From positions 1 through 64,000 of the forward strand of contig JAXHVD010000023.1 in the NCBI GenBank assembly GCA_034189385.1: 64,000 bases of DNA. The letters run 5' to 3'. This stretch comes from Thermodesulfobacteriota bacterium (GTDB taxonomy: Bacteria; Desulfobacterota; Desulfobacteria; Desulfobacterales; C00003060). How positions within the stretch are numbered: the stretch's first letter is position 1; each line of letters starts with the position of its first letter. The notes beneath the pieces were generated by a model that was not told the origin of the DNA, ran no database searches, and saw only the letters and a list, made by a program, of their open reading frames with translations. Made by a program: the position numbers and the translations under genes. Positions 50,801 to 58,869 of this stretch are shown piece by piece.

Positions 50801-52148
50801 TGGCTTGCCAAGCAAGGGGGGGCAGAGGCCCCAACCTCTGAATCTGGTCATCAGGGCAAGGGAAAGAACAGTGGACCGCTTTGGGCCAGATCCTCAGGTG
50901 CTGAAGCTTTTGGAGAATCGGACGCTCTATTTTCCGTATGTGTCGCGGGCCTTTTCCACGATAGTGGAGGCGGCCTTCCGGTCCATGGGACTTGAGGCCG
51001 AGGTGCTTCCTGAACCCGATGACGAGACCGAATACATGGGACGACAGGTTACCTCAGGCAGGGAGTGTCATCCCTTTATTGTCACCTGCGGAGATTTCGT
51101 GAAATTGACTCGCAGGCCTGAATTCGATCCTGAACGCACTGCGATCTGGATGGCAAACTACGATGGAGCCTGTAGGTTTTCTCAATACGGCATCGGACAC
51201 GCCGATCTTTTCAGGCGCCTGGGGTTTTCCGAGGTGCCCGTCATTGCCCCACTTACCTCTACCCGCTATGACGAGTTCTCAGGGCTTTTCGGTCTGCGTT
51301 TTACCCAACGGCTTTGGCAAGGTTGGCTGGCCGCTGAGGTCCTTGAAAGGATTCGACTCCACGTGCGTCCCTATGAAAAGAAGGCAGGTGACACGGATCG
51401 GGTCTTTGGGGTCGGCATCCAAGGTATTGCCAGTGCCGTGGCCCAACCTAATGGAAGGCACTCCCAGTGGAGTCGCAGAGTCCTTGAGGATCTGACACGT
51501 TCTGTGAACGCTCTTTCGGCCGTGCCCGTTGACCGATCTGAGAAAAGGCCGACCATTGGCATCCTGGGAGAGTTTTACACGGTCCTGAATCGTTGGGCCA
51601 ACCACGATCTTATACGAACCCTTGAAGGCCTTGGGGTTGAAGTGATCACCCACGGCCTAACGGTGACCAATTTTTTTACCCTTTTTTCAAACCACTATTA
51701 CCACAGGAACTGCCTGAAAAGGGGTAAAGTGGGGGCTGCCTTGTACTATTTTCTCCGGAACCAATGGATCATGTCGTGGGTTAGGCGGATAGAAGCATAC
51801 CTGCCGGAGGCCCTTCGACCTTTTAAGACCCTTGACAGTAGAACCGTGCTTCGTGAAGTTGAACCCTTTATTCATTATGATATTGATCCCGTCCTCGCCA
51901 CTTTTACAGCTCGCGTGCGGGGCTTTGCCGCTTCAGGCGTCTCTGGCCTCTGCAACCTGTTTGTGCTCAACTGTATGCTGGGAAACGTTTCAGTACCGAT
52001 CTTCAAAAATGCCCTCAAGGCCCATCAGAATCTCCCCGTGCTCCATGCCGTTTACGATGGACAGAAGCAAACCAACATGCTCACCAGGATAGAGGCCTTC
52101 GTCCACCAGGCCAAGCTTCATCAGGAGCACCATGCTCATGGGGGCTGA
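47868..52148 (+). CDS. Fused acyl-CoA dehydratase activase (two BadF/BcrAD ASKHA ATPase domains plus DUF2229/dehydratase-like domains)
   Basis: GIDIGS/GVDIGA, ATGSGR/VTGSGR, EIGGQDSK, CAAGTGSF and RCxVF each twice; ETCFPIK, NFGCGPD, RIEAF. Confidence 0.92.
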   Translation: MAHTRLYMGIDIGSVSLNIVVVDEAADIKTSIYRRTEGQPMAMLLDSLEKLGGPMDSFEGVVATGSGRKLVGRVLNVPDVNEIVTQATAACHFHPRVRTIIEIGGQDSKLVFVDRDAKTGAPVIIDHVLNEVCAAGTGSFLDLQAQRLGMTIEDLGALALCSKHPARISGRCSVFAKSDMVHLLQEGTPKADIVAGLCSALALNFITNLGKGKPFPKPILFQGGVAANPGVVNAFEKCLGLDPGDLTIPEHFLVMGAFGSALMAKGLTGGLNQSRTGLIKRIKEALDRAQDRPRKAQMKPLVRRRDKRETSDHYYGIGQGDSVEVFLGVDIGAVSTNIVLIDRKGQLKAKQYWYTRGEPVDTVRSGLEEMADQVGQAVRVCGVGVTGSGRYFIGDFVGADVVINEISAQARAAMHLDPDVDTIIEIGGQDSKYIRCKNGRVIDFEMNKVCAAGTGSFLEEQAARLKVPIRRTFSELAFSSSTPADLGARCTVFMESDLIHHQQTGETLSDLTAGLSYAIAQNYLEKVVGTKRIGDHIVFQGGVAANQSVAAAFENILEKALVTVEHHNVTGALGAALAARDREQASSRFAGFHLKDRPYEVKTFECQKCPNLCRIHQIYIDGRLRSYYGSLCGRYERSSDHTGYAHLPDLFEERQNRLLEGFDKEDLKGGSAQIIGIPNVLSFFDYLPFWMAFLKTLGHPVLLSEGTNKTLIQRGLSCVPSETCFPIKAVYGHIRDLVSKGADLVLLPCETDHPTGNDTSGSFNCPYMQSMPYMVKAAMGSEVALLAPVIRWRERRQVVDRALLGIGRSLGHRAERTKEAIAAGRRAQARFENWRQDRGKEILASLGPQDRCLVLLGKSHNIFDPGLNLHLARKLRRHGQRTIPFDMLPLDDVTLPQGYDNVVWKNTRDLLKACLLTRYDQRLFPVLLTNFGCGPDSFFMKYMEAELTDKPYLVLEVDDHTGDAGMVTRIEAFLDTLDGLPSKGGQRPQPLNLVIRARERTVDRFGPDPQVLKLLENRTLYFPYVSRAFSTIVEAAFRSMGLEAEVLPEPDDETEYMGRQVTSGRECHPFIVTCGDFVKLTRRPEFDPERTAIWMANYDGACRFSQYGIGHADLFRRLGFSEVPVIAPLTSTRYDEFSGLFGLRFTQRLWQGWLAAEVLERIRLHVRPYEKKAGDTDRVFGVGIQGIASAVAQPNGRHSQWSRRVLEDLTRSVNALSAVPVDRSEKRPTIGILGEFYTVLNRWANHDLIRTLEGLGVEVITHGLTVTNFFTLFSNHYYHRNCLKRGKVGAALYYFLRNQWIMSWVRRIEAYLPEALRPFKTLDSRTVLREVEPFIHYDIDPVLATFTARVRGFAASGVSGLCNLFVLNCMLGNVSVPIFKNALKAHQNLPVLHAVYDGQKQTNMLTRIEAFVHQAKLHQEHHAHGG

Positions 52149-52327
52149 GTGTTGGCATTTTTCTGAAAATATTGACTGCGCCCAACGTGCTCACAGAGGG
52201 AGCAAAAGGGACTTTTTTTGTGAAACCATCAACCAAGAACTGGGAAGGGTCGGCAACTAGGGACCTCCTCTTTGAACGGGGAGCCCGTTGACATTTGAAT
52301 ATGAGGTGTTACATTTACAACTTTGAT

Positions 52328-52612
52328 ATGAAATCCACAAACAAACATCCACTCAGCAGACGCCTGACTATTTCTAACGAATTGGGGCTCCACGCCCGGG
52401 CGGCAGCCAAGATCGCCCGGTTGGCCGAAACCGCCCAATCCAAGGTCGTTATCATCAAGGATGGGCAAGAGGCAGATGGCGCCGATATGCTCGATATCAT
52501 GAGCCTCTATTGTCCCTGCGGAACAGAGGTGACTGTGGAAATCACTGATTCCACCGACGCAGAGGTGTTGAACCGGATTGCGCAGCTCATCGAAGCCGGC
52601 TTCGGAGAATGA
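52328..52612 (+). CDS. ptsH: Phosphocarrier protein HPr; start ATG 52328
   Basis: GLHARAAA (His15), GFGE C-terminus; overlaps ptsI. Confidence 0.92.
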   Translation: MKSTNKHPLSRRLTISNELGLHARAAAKIARLAETAQSKVVIIKDGQEADGADMLDIMSLYCPCGTEVTVEITDSTDAEVLNRIAQLIEAGFGE

Positions 52613-54399
52613 TAGAAATGCCTACCACTGTATCAAAAAACCTCTCCCTTCAGGGCATTGGCGCATCTCCCGGCATTGCCATTGGCAAAGCCTATCTCCT
52701 AGAGCAAAAAAACATTGACGTCATTGAAAAACGCTTTATCCCTTCGGAAAAAATCGGTTCTGAAATAAATCGTTTCAAGGAGGCTGTGAAGAAGGCCCAG
52801 GAAGACCTTCGCAAGATCATTGAAGAGGTCCCTGACGAATATCGTGATCACATCTACATCCTCGATACCCATATGATGCTGCTCACAGACAGGATGATCT
52901 ACGATGGAACGATTCAACACATCAAGGAGAAGAATCTGAATGCTGAACGGGCCTTGAAGATGGCCGTGGACCAAGTGCAGGCCATTTTCAAGAAGATGCC
53001 TGATCCGTATTTCCGCGAGAGGGCATCAGACGTTGTCCATGCCTCCAAGCTCATTCTGGAGCATCTCCTGGGAACGGGCCCGTCAAAGGTTTCCGACATT
53101 GACAAACGGGTCATCATTGTCGCCCACGATCTCTCCCCGGCAGAGACGACCCAGATCCAGCTGGAAAAGGTCAAGGCCTTTGTGACAGATCTGGGTGGCC
53201 AGACTTCCCATACCGGGATCATTGCGCGATCCTTTGAGATCCCAGCAGTACTCGGCCTGGGAGGTGCAACGCAGCAGATTCAGACCGATGACCTCATTAT
53301 TGTAGATGGTAACGCAGGGATTGTGATTGTCGATCCCGACGATGAGACACTCACACGGCACCATGAGCGGAAGGATCTTTTCGAACAGTTTCAGGCCAGA
53401 GTCACCCGCACCAGTCATCTGCCAGCAGAAACAAAAGACGGCCATCGGTTGACTGTGGCCGCCAATATTGAGCTACTAGAAGAAGTCGTGTCCGCTATAG
53501 ATCATGGTGGGGACGGCATTGGACTGTACCGCACTGAGTTCCTCTACCTGAACCAGCCGACCCTGCCCTCAGAGCAGGAGCTCTTTGATAATTACAGGGA
53601 CCTGGCCGATATCATGGGTGACCAGCAAGTCACTATACGAACATTGGATATTGGAGGGGACAAATTTGCCAGTGGCGTTTCTTTGGCCGGTGAAATGAAC
53701 CCTGCTTTGGGCCTCAGGGCCATCCGGTTCTGCCTCCAATCGCCAGATATCTTCAGGACCCAACTGCGGGCCATACTCAGGGCGGCCCATTTTGGGAACG
53801 TTCGAATCATGTTTCCCATGATATCCCAAGTGGAGGAGATTATTGAGGCAAAGCGCATGCTGGCCGAGGCTGCAGAGTCCCTGGCCAAGGAGGGTCTCCT
53901 CTTTAGGGAGGATATTCAAATAGGTGCCATGATAGAGGTCCCTTCAGCGGTGATCATGGCTGATATTTTGGCCGAAGAGGTTGATTTTTTTAGTATTGGC
54001 ACCAACGATCTTATTCAGTACTCTCTTGCCATCGACCGGATCAACAAGCACGTTTCAGGGCTATACCAGCCCCTGCACCCTGCTGTATTGCGGATGATCC
54101 ACCGTGTGGTGGAGAGTGCCAAGGCAGCAGACATAGAGGTCAATCTGTGTGGAGAGATGGCGGCAGACCCTGTCAATATTCCGGTATTGCTCGGTTTGGA
54201 GCTGGATGCTATTAGCATGAATCCCATCTCTATTCCTGCCATCAAGAGTCTGGTTCGTACACTCGATTTTGAAGAGTCAAGGTCCTTTGTACAGGAGGTT
54301 TTTAAGCAGGCGACGGCATCTAAGGTCCGGCATCTTATTCAGGAAACATATGGAAAGTCGTTTGAAATGGCCACCTTCTTTCAGTCCGGTGGGGCCTAG
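52609..54399 (+). CDS. ptsI: PEP-protein phosphotransferase (enzyme I)
   Basis: GIGASPGIAIG, GGQTSHTGI, GIGLYRTEF, NPALGLRAIR, FSIGTNDL, CGEMA. Confidence 0.96.
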   Translation: MIEMPTTVSKNLSLQGIGASPGIAIGKAYLLEQKNIDVIEKRFIPSEKIGSEINRFKEAVKKAQEDLRKIIEEVPDEYRDHIYILDTHMMLLTDRMIYDGTIQHIKEKNLNAERALKMAVDQVQAIFKKMPDPYFRERASDVVHASKLILEHLLGTGPSKVSDIDKRVIIVAHDLSPAETTQIQLEKVKAFVTDLGGQTSHTGIIARSFEIPAVLGLGGATQQIQTDDLIIVDGNAGIVIVDPDDETLTRHHERKDLFEQFQARVTRTSHLPAETKDGHRLTVAANIELLEEVVSAIDHGGDGIGLYRTEFLYLNQPTLPSEQELFDNYRDLADIMGDQQVTIRTLDIGGDKFASGVSLAGEMNPALGLRAIRFCLQSPDIFRTQLRAILRAAHFGNVRIMFPMISQVEEIIEAKRMLAEAAESLAKEGLLFREDIQIGAMIEVPSAVIMADILAEEVDFFSIGTNDLIQYSLAIDRINKHVSGLYQPLHPAVLRMIHRVVESAKAADIEVNLCGEMAADPVNIPVLLGLELDAISMNPISIPAIKSLVRTLDFEESRSFVQEVFKQATASKVRHLIQETYGKSFEMATFFQSGGA

Positions 54400-54566
54400 C
54401 ATGGGGGCTCTTCACCCAGAAGCCACGGCAGATGGCCTTCTGTAGTCCCATAGAGGCACTTCTGTCTACCTTCGACGCAACGATCCATTCTGGCACATGG
54501 GTTTGACTTTTCTTTGAGGCCCCTTAGATGGCCCCGAGACCAATAGACTCCAGGTGTTCTGTCATT

Positions 54567-54770
54567 GAGACCTTTGCAGAACCCCTTCTCACTTGATTCT
54601 GTGATCTATTTGACCCTTTTTCGGCCTTGTTCCCTAAATCGCGAAAACTCTCCGCCTGAGGCGGATCAAACAGTTCACGATTTACCCACTATAGTGGGCC
54701 GCTCACAGCAGCCGAATGGGTGCCCCAAATAGCTCACAATGACCGTTCGAAAGCGTTATGCAAAGCTCTC
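54567..54770. mobile_element. MITE family B (204 bp)
   Basis: TIR GAGACCTTTGCAGAAC / GTTATGCAAAGCTCTC (14/16); perfect 5-bp TSD TCATT on both sides. Confidence 0.8.
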
Positions 54771-54860
54771 TCATTGATAAAGGTAGCCCTAAGCCAACAC
54801 CCCATGGCGCCTGCCATTACTGCGATTACGGCGTCTTTTCAAATAGTTAGGTGGTTAACC

Positions 54861-55322
54861 ATGGCACACACAAAGACTGTATGCCAAAATCGAAAGGCAC
54901 GGCACGACTATTTCATTCTGGATGAATATGAGGCCGGTATGGTCTTGCTCGGTACGGAGATCAAATCTTTGCGACTGGGACGGGCCAATCTCAAGGACAG
55001 CTATGCGGAAATCCGAGGTGGCGAAATCTTCCTCCATAACATGCACATAGGGGCATATCCCTTTGCGGCCCACGGGAATCACCCCCCCTTAAGGACACGC
55101 AAACTCCTCTTGCACAAGGACGAAATCAAGCGCCTTACAGGGAAAGTAAAGGAGAGGGGCCAGACCCTTATTCCCCTTCGGGTTTACCTTAAGGGCGGCA
55201 AGGCGAAAATTCTCTTGGCCTTGGCCAAGGGGAAGCGAAAATACGACAAGCGCGAAGCCATCCGAAAGCGGGACGAAAAACGGGACATGGAGCGCGAAAA
55301 AGGAAACATCAGAAAAAGTTGA
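54861..55322 (+). CDS. smpB: SsrA-binding protein; true start ATG 54861
   Basis: NRKARHDY, EAGMVLLGTEIKSLR, RKLLLHK, GKRKYDKRE. Confidence 0.97.
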   Translation: MAHTKTVCQNRKARHDYFILDEYEAGMVLLGTEIKSLRLGRANLKDSYAEIRGGEIFLHNMHIGAYPFAAHGNHPPLRTRKLLLHKDEIKRLTGKVKERGQTLIPLRVYLKGGKAKILLALAKGKRKYDKREAIRKRDEKRDMEREKGNIRKS

Positions 55323-55346
55323 CACTGCAATGAATGGGTATATAAT
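55319..55346 (+). promoter_or_regulatory. Sigma70 promoter of ssrA, overlapping the smpB stop
   Basis: TTGACA-16 bp-TATAAT. Confidence 0.8.
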
Positions 55347-55409
55347 ATAGGTATAATCGTCTGGGTAAGTGACAGTGGGACGATCTTTATGACCAGCCTT
55401 TGTGATCAT

Positions 55410-55765
55410 GGGGGCGAAATGGCTTCGACGGGAATATGGAAGCATAGGTTGCATACCGAGCGCCTGCCGGCTCGTAAAAATGGCGGGACCTAAAATAATC
55501 GCAGACGATTATAACTACGCTTTAGCCGCGTAAAGTAGGCTAACGTCCTGCCGGATTTTTCCTGCGGACCCGGACAGGGCGTCGAACAGCAGGATAGCCT
55601 CTAGTGATTGCTTGTTACGCGAGGGGCGAACTTCATAACAAGCTAGCGCCTCTAGCATCCTGCCTGAAGGAACCTGGAGGGGCGAATATTTAAATTCAGG
55701 CTATGTATGTAGAAGCCTATGTGGAATATTGTCGGACGCGGGTTCGACTCCCGCCGCCTCCACCA
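55410..55765 (+). ncRNA. ssrA: tmRNA; tag peptide ADDYNYALAA at 55501-55533
   Basis: 5' GGGGGCGAAATGGCTTCGAC, 3' GCGGGTTCGACTCCCGCCGCCTCCACCA; follows smpB. Confidence 0.97.
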
Positions 55766-56239
55766 ATTTATTCCTGGTATTGCAACAGCTAGTCCTTCCT
55801 AGCCCCGCCCGATTACGGTGTCAATCCGGTGCCGCATGGTCTTATTTACGTTCCCATCGCACTATGGGGAAACGTCTATCCTCTTTCTTTGTTTCACAAA
55901 AACCCTTTTCCGCTTTTTCAACCACCTCCCTTGTGTTAATATATCAAATAAGGCCTTGCTATCATGGTCCGGGAGGCCAGGATCCGTTTTGAGCCAGGGC
56001 TTGGCTCTTTTTCAGGGTGAGGGCTCTTGAAACTGCTCTGTCCATGGAAAAAGAAGAGGAACAAAATTCTAAACTTCCATGAACCCTCCGGAGCCATGAA
56101 AATGCAGCATCTCATCAGGAGGATTTTGAGATTCACCATTTCTCCCTCCGCTTGTGGTGGCAATGCGTGGCCTACCATACTTGCGCAATTCCGGTTCAAC
56201 CCTGCGAGAGGGTGACCGGGCAGGAAAGAGAGGAATCAA

Positions 56240-56923
56240 ATGGGCGTCAGGATACTGGTTGCTGATGACGATGAGCATATCCGTAACCTGCTAGCCGAGT
56301 TCATGCGAAAAAACGGTTATCAGCACGACATGGCCGAGAGTGTAAACAGCGCATTGTCCTTCATTCAGAACAACGATTATGACATGATCTTGACGGACAA
56401 GAACATGCCCGATATGGAAGGGAACCCTGAGGGCGGGATGACCCTGTTGAAATATGCCAAAGAGCATATGCCTTCAACGGAGATCATTATGATTACGGGT
56501 CATGCTACCATGGAGACCGCCATTGAAGCCATCAAGCTGGGCGCCTTCGATTTCATTATGAAGCCATTCTCTCTCAATGATTTAGAAGAGAAGATCAAAA
56601 GAGTATTGGAATACAGGGGCTTCGTTAACTCGGGAGACACCATCCAGATGTACAGAACCTTTCATAATCAACTGTTAAAGGTACTGGAAAACAGAGATGA
56701 CCTGCCAGAGGATCAACTTCGCCAGATGTTAAGGGTCCTTGGGGCGAGGATAGACAACGTCTTCGGCACGCGGAAGTATTACGAAACGATCATCCATTCA
56801 CAGTCGGAAGCACTAGAGAAAATCGCTGGGTACATAGAACTTCTCAAGGACGCGTTCCCCAAACAGAGCCGGTATAAAACGGTTGTTGAGAAGATCTGGG
56901 AAGAGTCAAAGAAGCGGATATAG
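56240..56923 (+). CDS. Response regulator receiver with an uncharacterised helical C-terminus
   Basis: ILVADDDE, ILTDKNMP, MITGHA, FIMKPF. Confidence 0.88.
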   Translation: MGVRILVADDDEHIRNLLAEFMRKNGYQHDMAESVNSALSFIQNNDYDMILTDKNMPDMEGNPEGGMTLLKYAKEHMPSTEIIMITGHATMETAIEAIKLGAFDFIMKPFSLNDLEEKIKRVLEYRGFVNSGDTIQMYRTFHNQLLKVLENRDDLPEDQLRQMLRVLGARIDNVFGTRKYYETIIHSQSEALEKIAGYIELLKDAFPKQSRYKTVVEKIWEESKKRI

Positions 56924-56950
56924 ATGTTGACACTTCTTGCCCTTCCAGGC

Positions 56951-58735
56951 TCACAAATTCAGGTTGTTCAATAACGCCCCCAATTCCAATGTCACAGTGC
57001 TGACAAAGCAGCTTCCGCCGCCTCCGCCACCACCGGTATCATCGTCATCGGGGGAACGTGCCGGAGAGCCGGTGAAACCTGGCCCACCAACGTCAACGAT
57101 GATGCTGTTCGTGCTGTTAAAATCGTCATCGCCACGATCACCATCTACAAAGTTCAGCCAGATCACATTCTCTTCAAATTCTGCCCCTGTCGTACCATCG
57201 TTGAAGAATTCATACCACCGACGTCCTTGCTCAGTCGGCATGGGCCCATACTTCCAGTAGGTGCTGGGACGGGCATCAACGGGGAGAAAGATCCCCACTG
57301 TAGTTTCTCTTTCGCCAAGAGGCAGTTGAATAGTGAAGTCAAAGAACCCCCATTCGAATGCGATGTCTTCGGGCACACTCTCCACACCCTCAGACGGGCT
57401 TCCCCCTACCTTCAGGGCTCCAAAACGGTGTTGATCATTGGGCAAGGCTATGGTGTAGTAATAATCATCTGTGCCGTCTCCATCAGTGTCTACGGAACCC
57501 GAAAGGACGTGGGGCTGGTCAGAGTCAGCCAAGCCGTCTTTGTTCCCGTCGTAACTCTCATCGGTTCCGTCTGGGCCCCACTCATCTGCGTCAGGGGCTC
57601 CATCTCCATCACCGTCGCTACGAAACACGGCCGTAATCATCTTGTCACCATCCATGGTAACAGTCATCTTGCTCAAGTCCGGGTCTGCGACATCAGCCCC
57701 TCCAAAACCATCAAACGTCCAGCCAGCATCAGCTTCCGTGCTTATTTCCACAAGGGCACCGGCATCATAAGTGCCGCCCTCAGGATCAAGCATGACAGCG
57801 CCTTGGCCAACGATGTCGAGCGTCAGAGTATACTCCAGTCCGGCAGCTACCCCTGTGCCGCTTACAGCAAGAGTTACGGAGTGTTGATCCTGATCATTGG
57901 ATGCAATGTCAAAAAAATCGTTGAATGTCCCGGTGGTGGTTGGAGTAAAACGAACCGTTAACGAGCAGCTTTCTCCTGGGCTGAGACTCTTGCCCGAGCA
58001 GTCATCTGTTTCAATGCTGAATGGAGTTGCAAGCGTTCCGACAGAACCGATGATGAGGCCATCATCACCATCGTTGGCCATGGTCACCTTTGCCTCTGAA
58101 AAGCCGCCCTCGGTTATACTGCCAAACGGCAGCTGAAGATCGTCGTACGGATCTAAGGAATCTGTTACGGCTATTGTAGGCCAGGGGACACTAAATGTAA
58201 GGTCATCAAAATACGTATAATAATCTCCTGTGTAGCTGCCAAATTCAATCTTCTTGATGAGTAGTCCAGTGCTAGGAGAAATGTCTAGAAAACTATCGCC
58301 AGGTGAGCCAAAAGGGCCTCTCTTTTTGCCGTGTTGATCATAGTAGAAGACCTGAAAAGGACTACCTGCTCCGTAAATACTTATGTAGTCAACGGGGTTC
58401 GCGAACTCCGCCGTGCAATAGCATATATCGAAATTCAACCAATGATAATGGTCGCCTATGATTCTACCTCCTACGACATTATTCCACGAAAATGCCCGAC
58501 TATCTCCATAGGCATAGGCATTGTTGTCGTCTACCAGTGGGCTATCTGGGTACACACCGTGACAATCGAATGTCACTCCCCACGCAGCATAGGCATCTGT
58601 TATTGTTGTGGCGTGTCCGACTGCAGTTCCATCGGGTAAGTGGTCAAAATCAATGGTTTTCAGTTCAGCCCCTACGTAGCCTGAGTTCCACAAAACCAGT
58701 ATCCAGAGCAACAAGAAGCAAAAGGATTGTCTCAT
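56951..58735 (-). CDS. Secreted multi-domain surface protein (Ig-like/choice-of-anchor D, InlB-B-like repeat, acidic Ca-binding loops, choice-of-anchor-U-like domain, polyGly-CF tail); start probably ATG 58735
   Basis: Signal peptide; LSPGESCSLTVRFTPT; GWTFDGFGG..VTMDGDK; YWKYGP..WYEF..VDGDRGDDD; GGGGGGGSCFVST. Confidence 0.75.
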   Translation of the reverse strand: MRQSFCFLLLWILVLWNSGYVGAELKTIDFDHLPDGTAVGHATTITDAYAAWGVTFDCHGVYPDSPLVDDNNAYAYGDSRAFSWNNVVGGRIIGDHYHWLNFDICYCTAEFANPVDYISIYGAGSPFQVFYYDQHGKKRGPFGSPGDSFLDISPSTGLLIKKIEFGSYTGDYYTYFDDLTFSVPWPTIAVTDSLDPYDDLQLPFGSITEGGFSEAKVTMANDGDDGLIIGSVGTLATPFSIETDDCSGKSLSPGESCSLTVRFTPTTTGTFNDFFDIASNDQDQHSVTLAVSGTGVAAGLEYTLTLDIVGQGAVMLDPEGGTYDAGALVEISTEADAGWTFDGFGGADVADPDLSKMTVTMDGDKMITAVFRSDGDGDGAPDADEWGPDGTDESYDGNKDGLADSDQPHVLSGSVDTDGDGTDDYYYTIALPNDQHRFGALKVGGSPSEGVESVPEDIAFEWGFFDFTIQLPLGERETTVGIFLPVDARPSTYWKYGPMPTEQGRRWYEFFNDGTTGAEFEENVIWLNFVDGDRGDDDFNSTNSIIVDVGGPGFTGSPARSPDDDDTGGGGGGGSCFVSTVTLELGALLNNLNL

Positions 58736-58869
58736 AGAATGTCTTCTAAACTCTGGGCCTTTATAAGGGCTGCGCCCAGAGGCCGATTCTGCCACCGTCG
58801 GTGAGGGGCGACGTTTAGCAACCAATTGCCCCACTCAGTGTAGAGACTACGATGGAAGAGCTGATCAGA

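Noticed and set aside
54720..54860. N-terminal extension of SmpB in the ORF track
   Set aside because: It begins inside MITE B; the conserved protein starts at ATG 54861 after an AGGTGG RBS.
57013..57029. 15/17 match to the tmRNA 3' end, a possible attR of an integrated island
   Set aside because: Explained by the polyGly codons of the minus-strand gene; no integrase follows ssrA.
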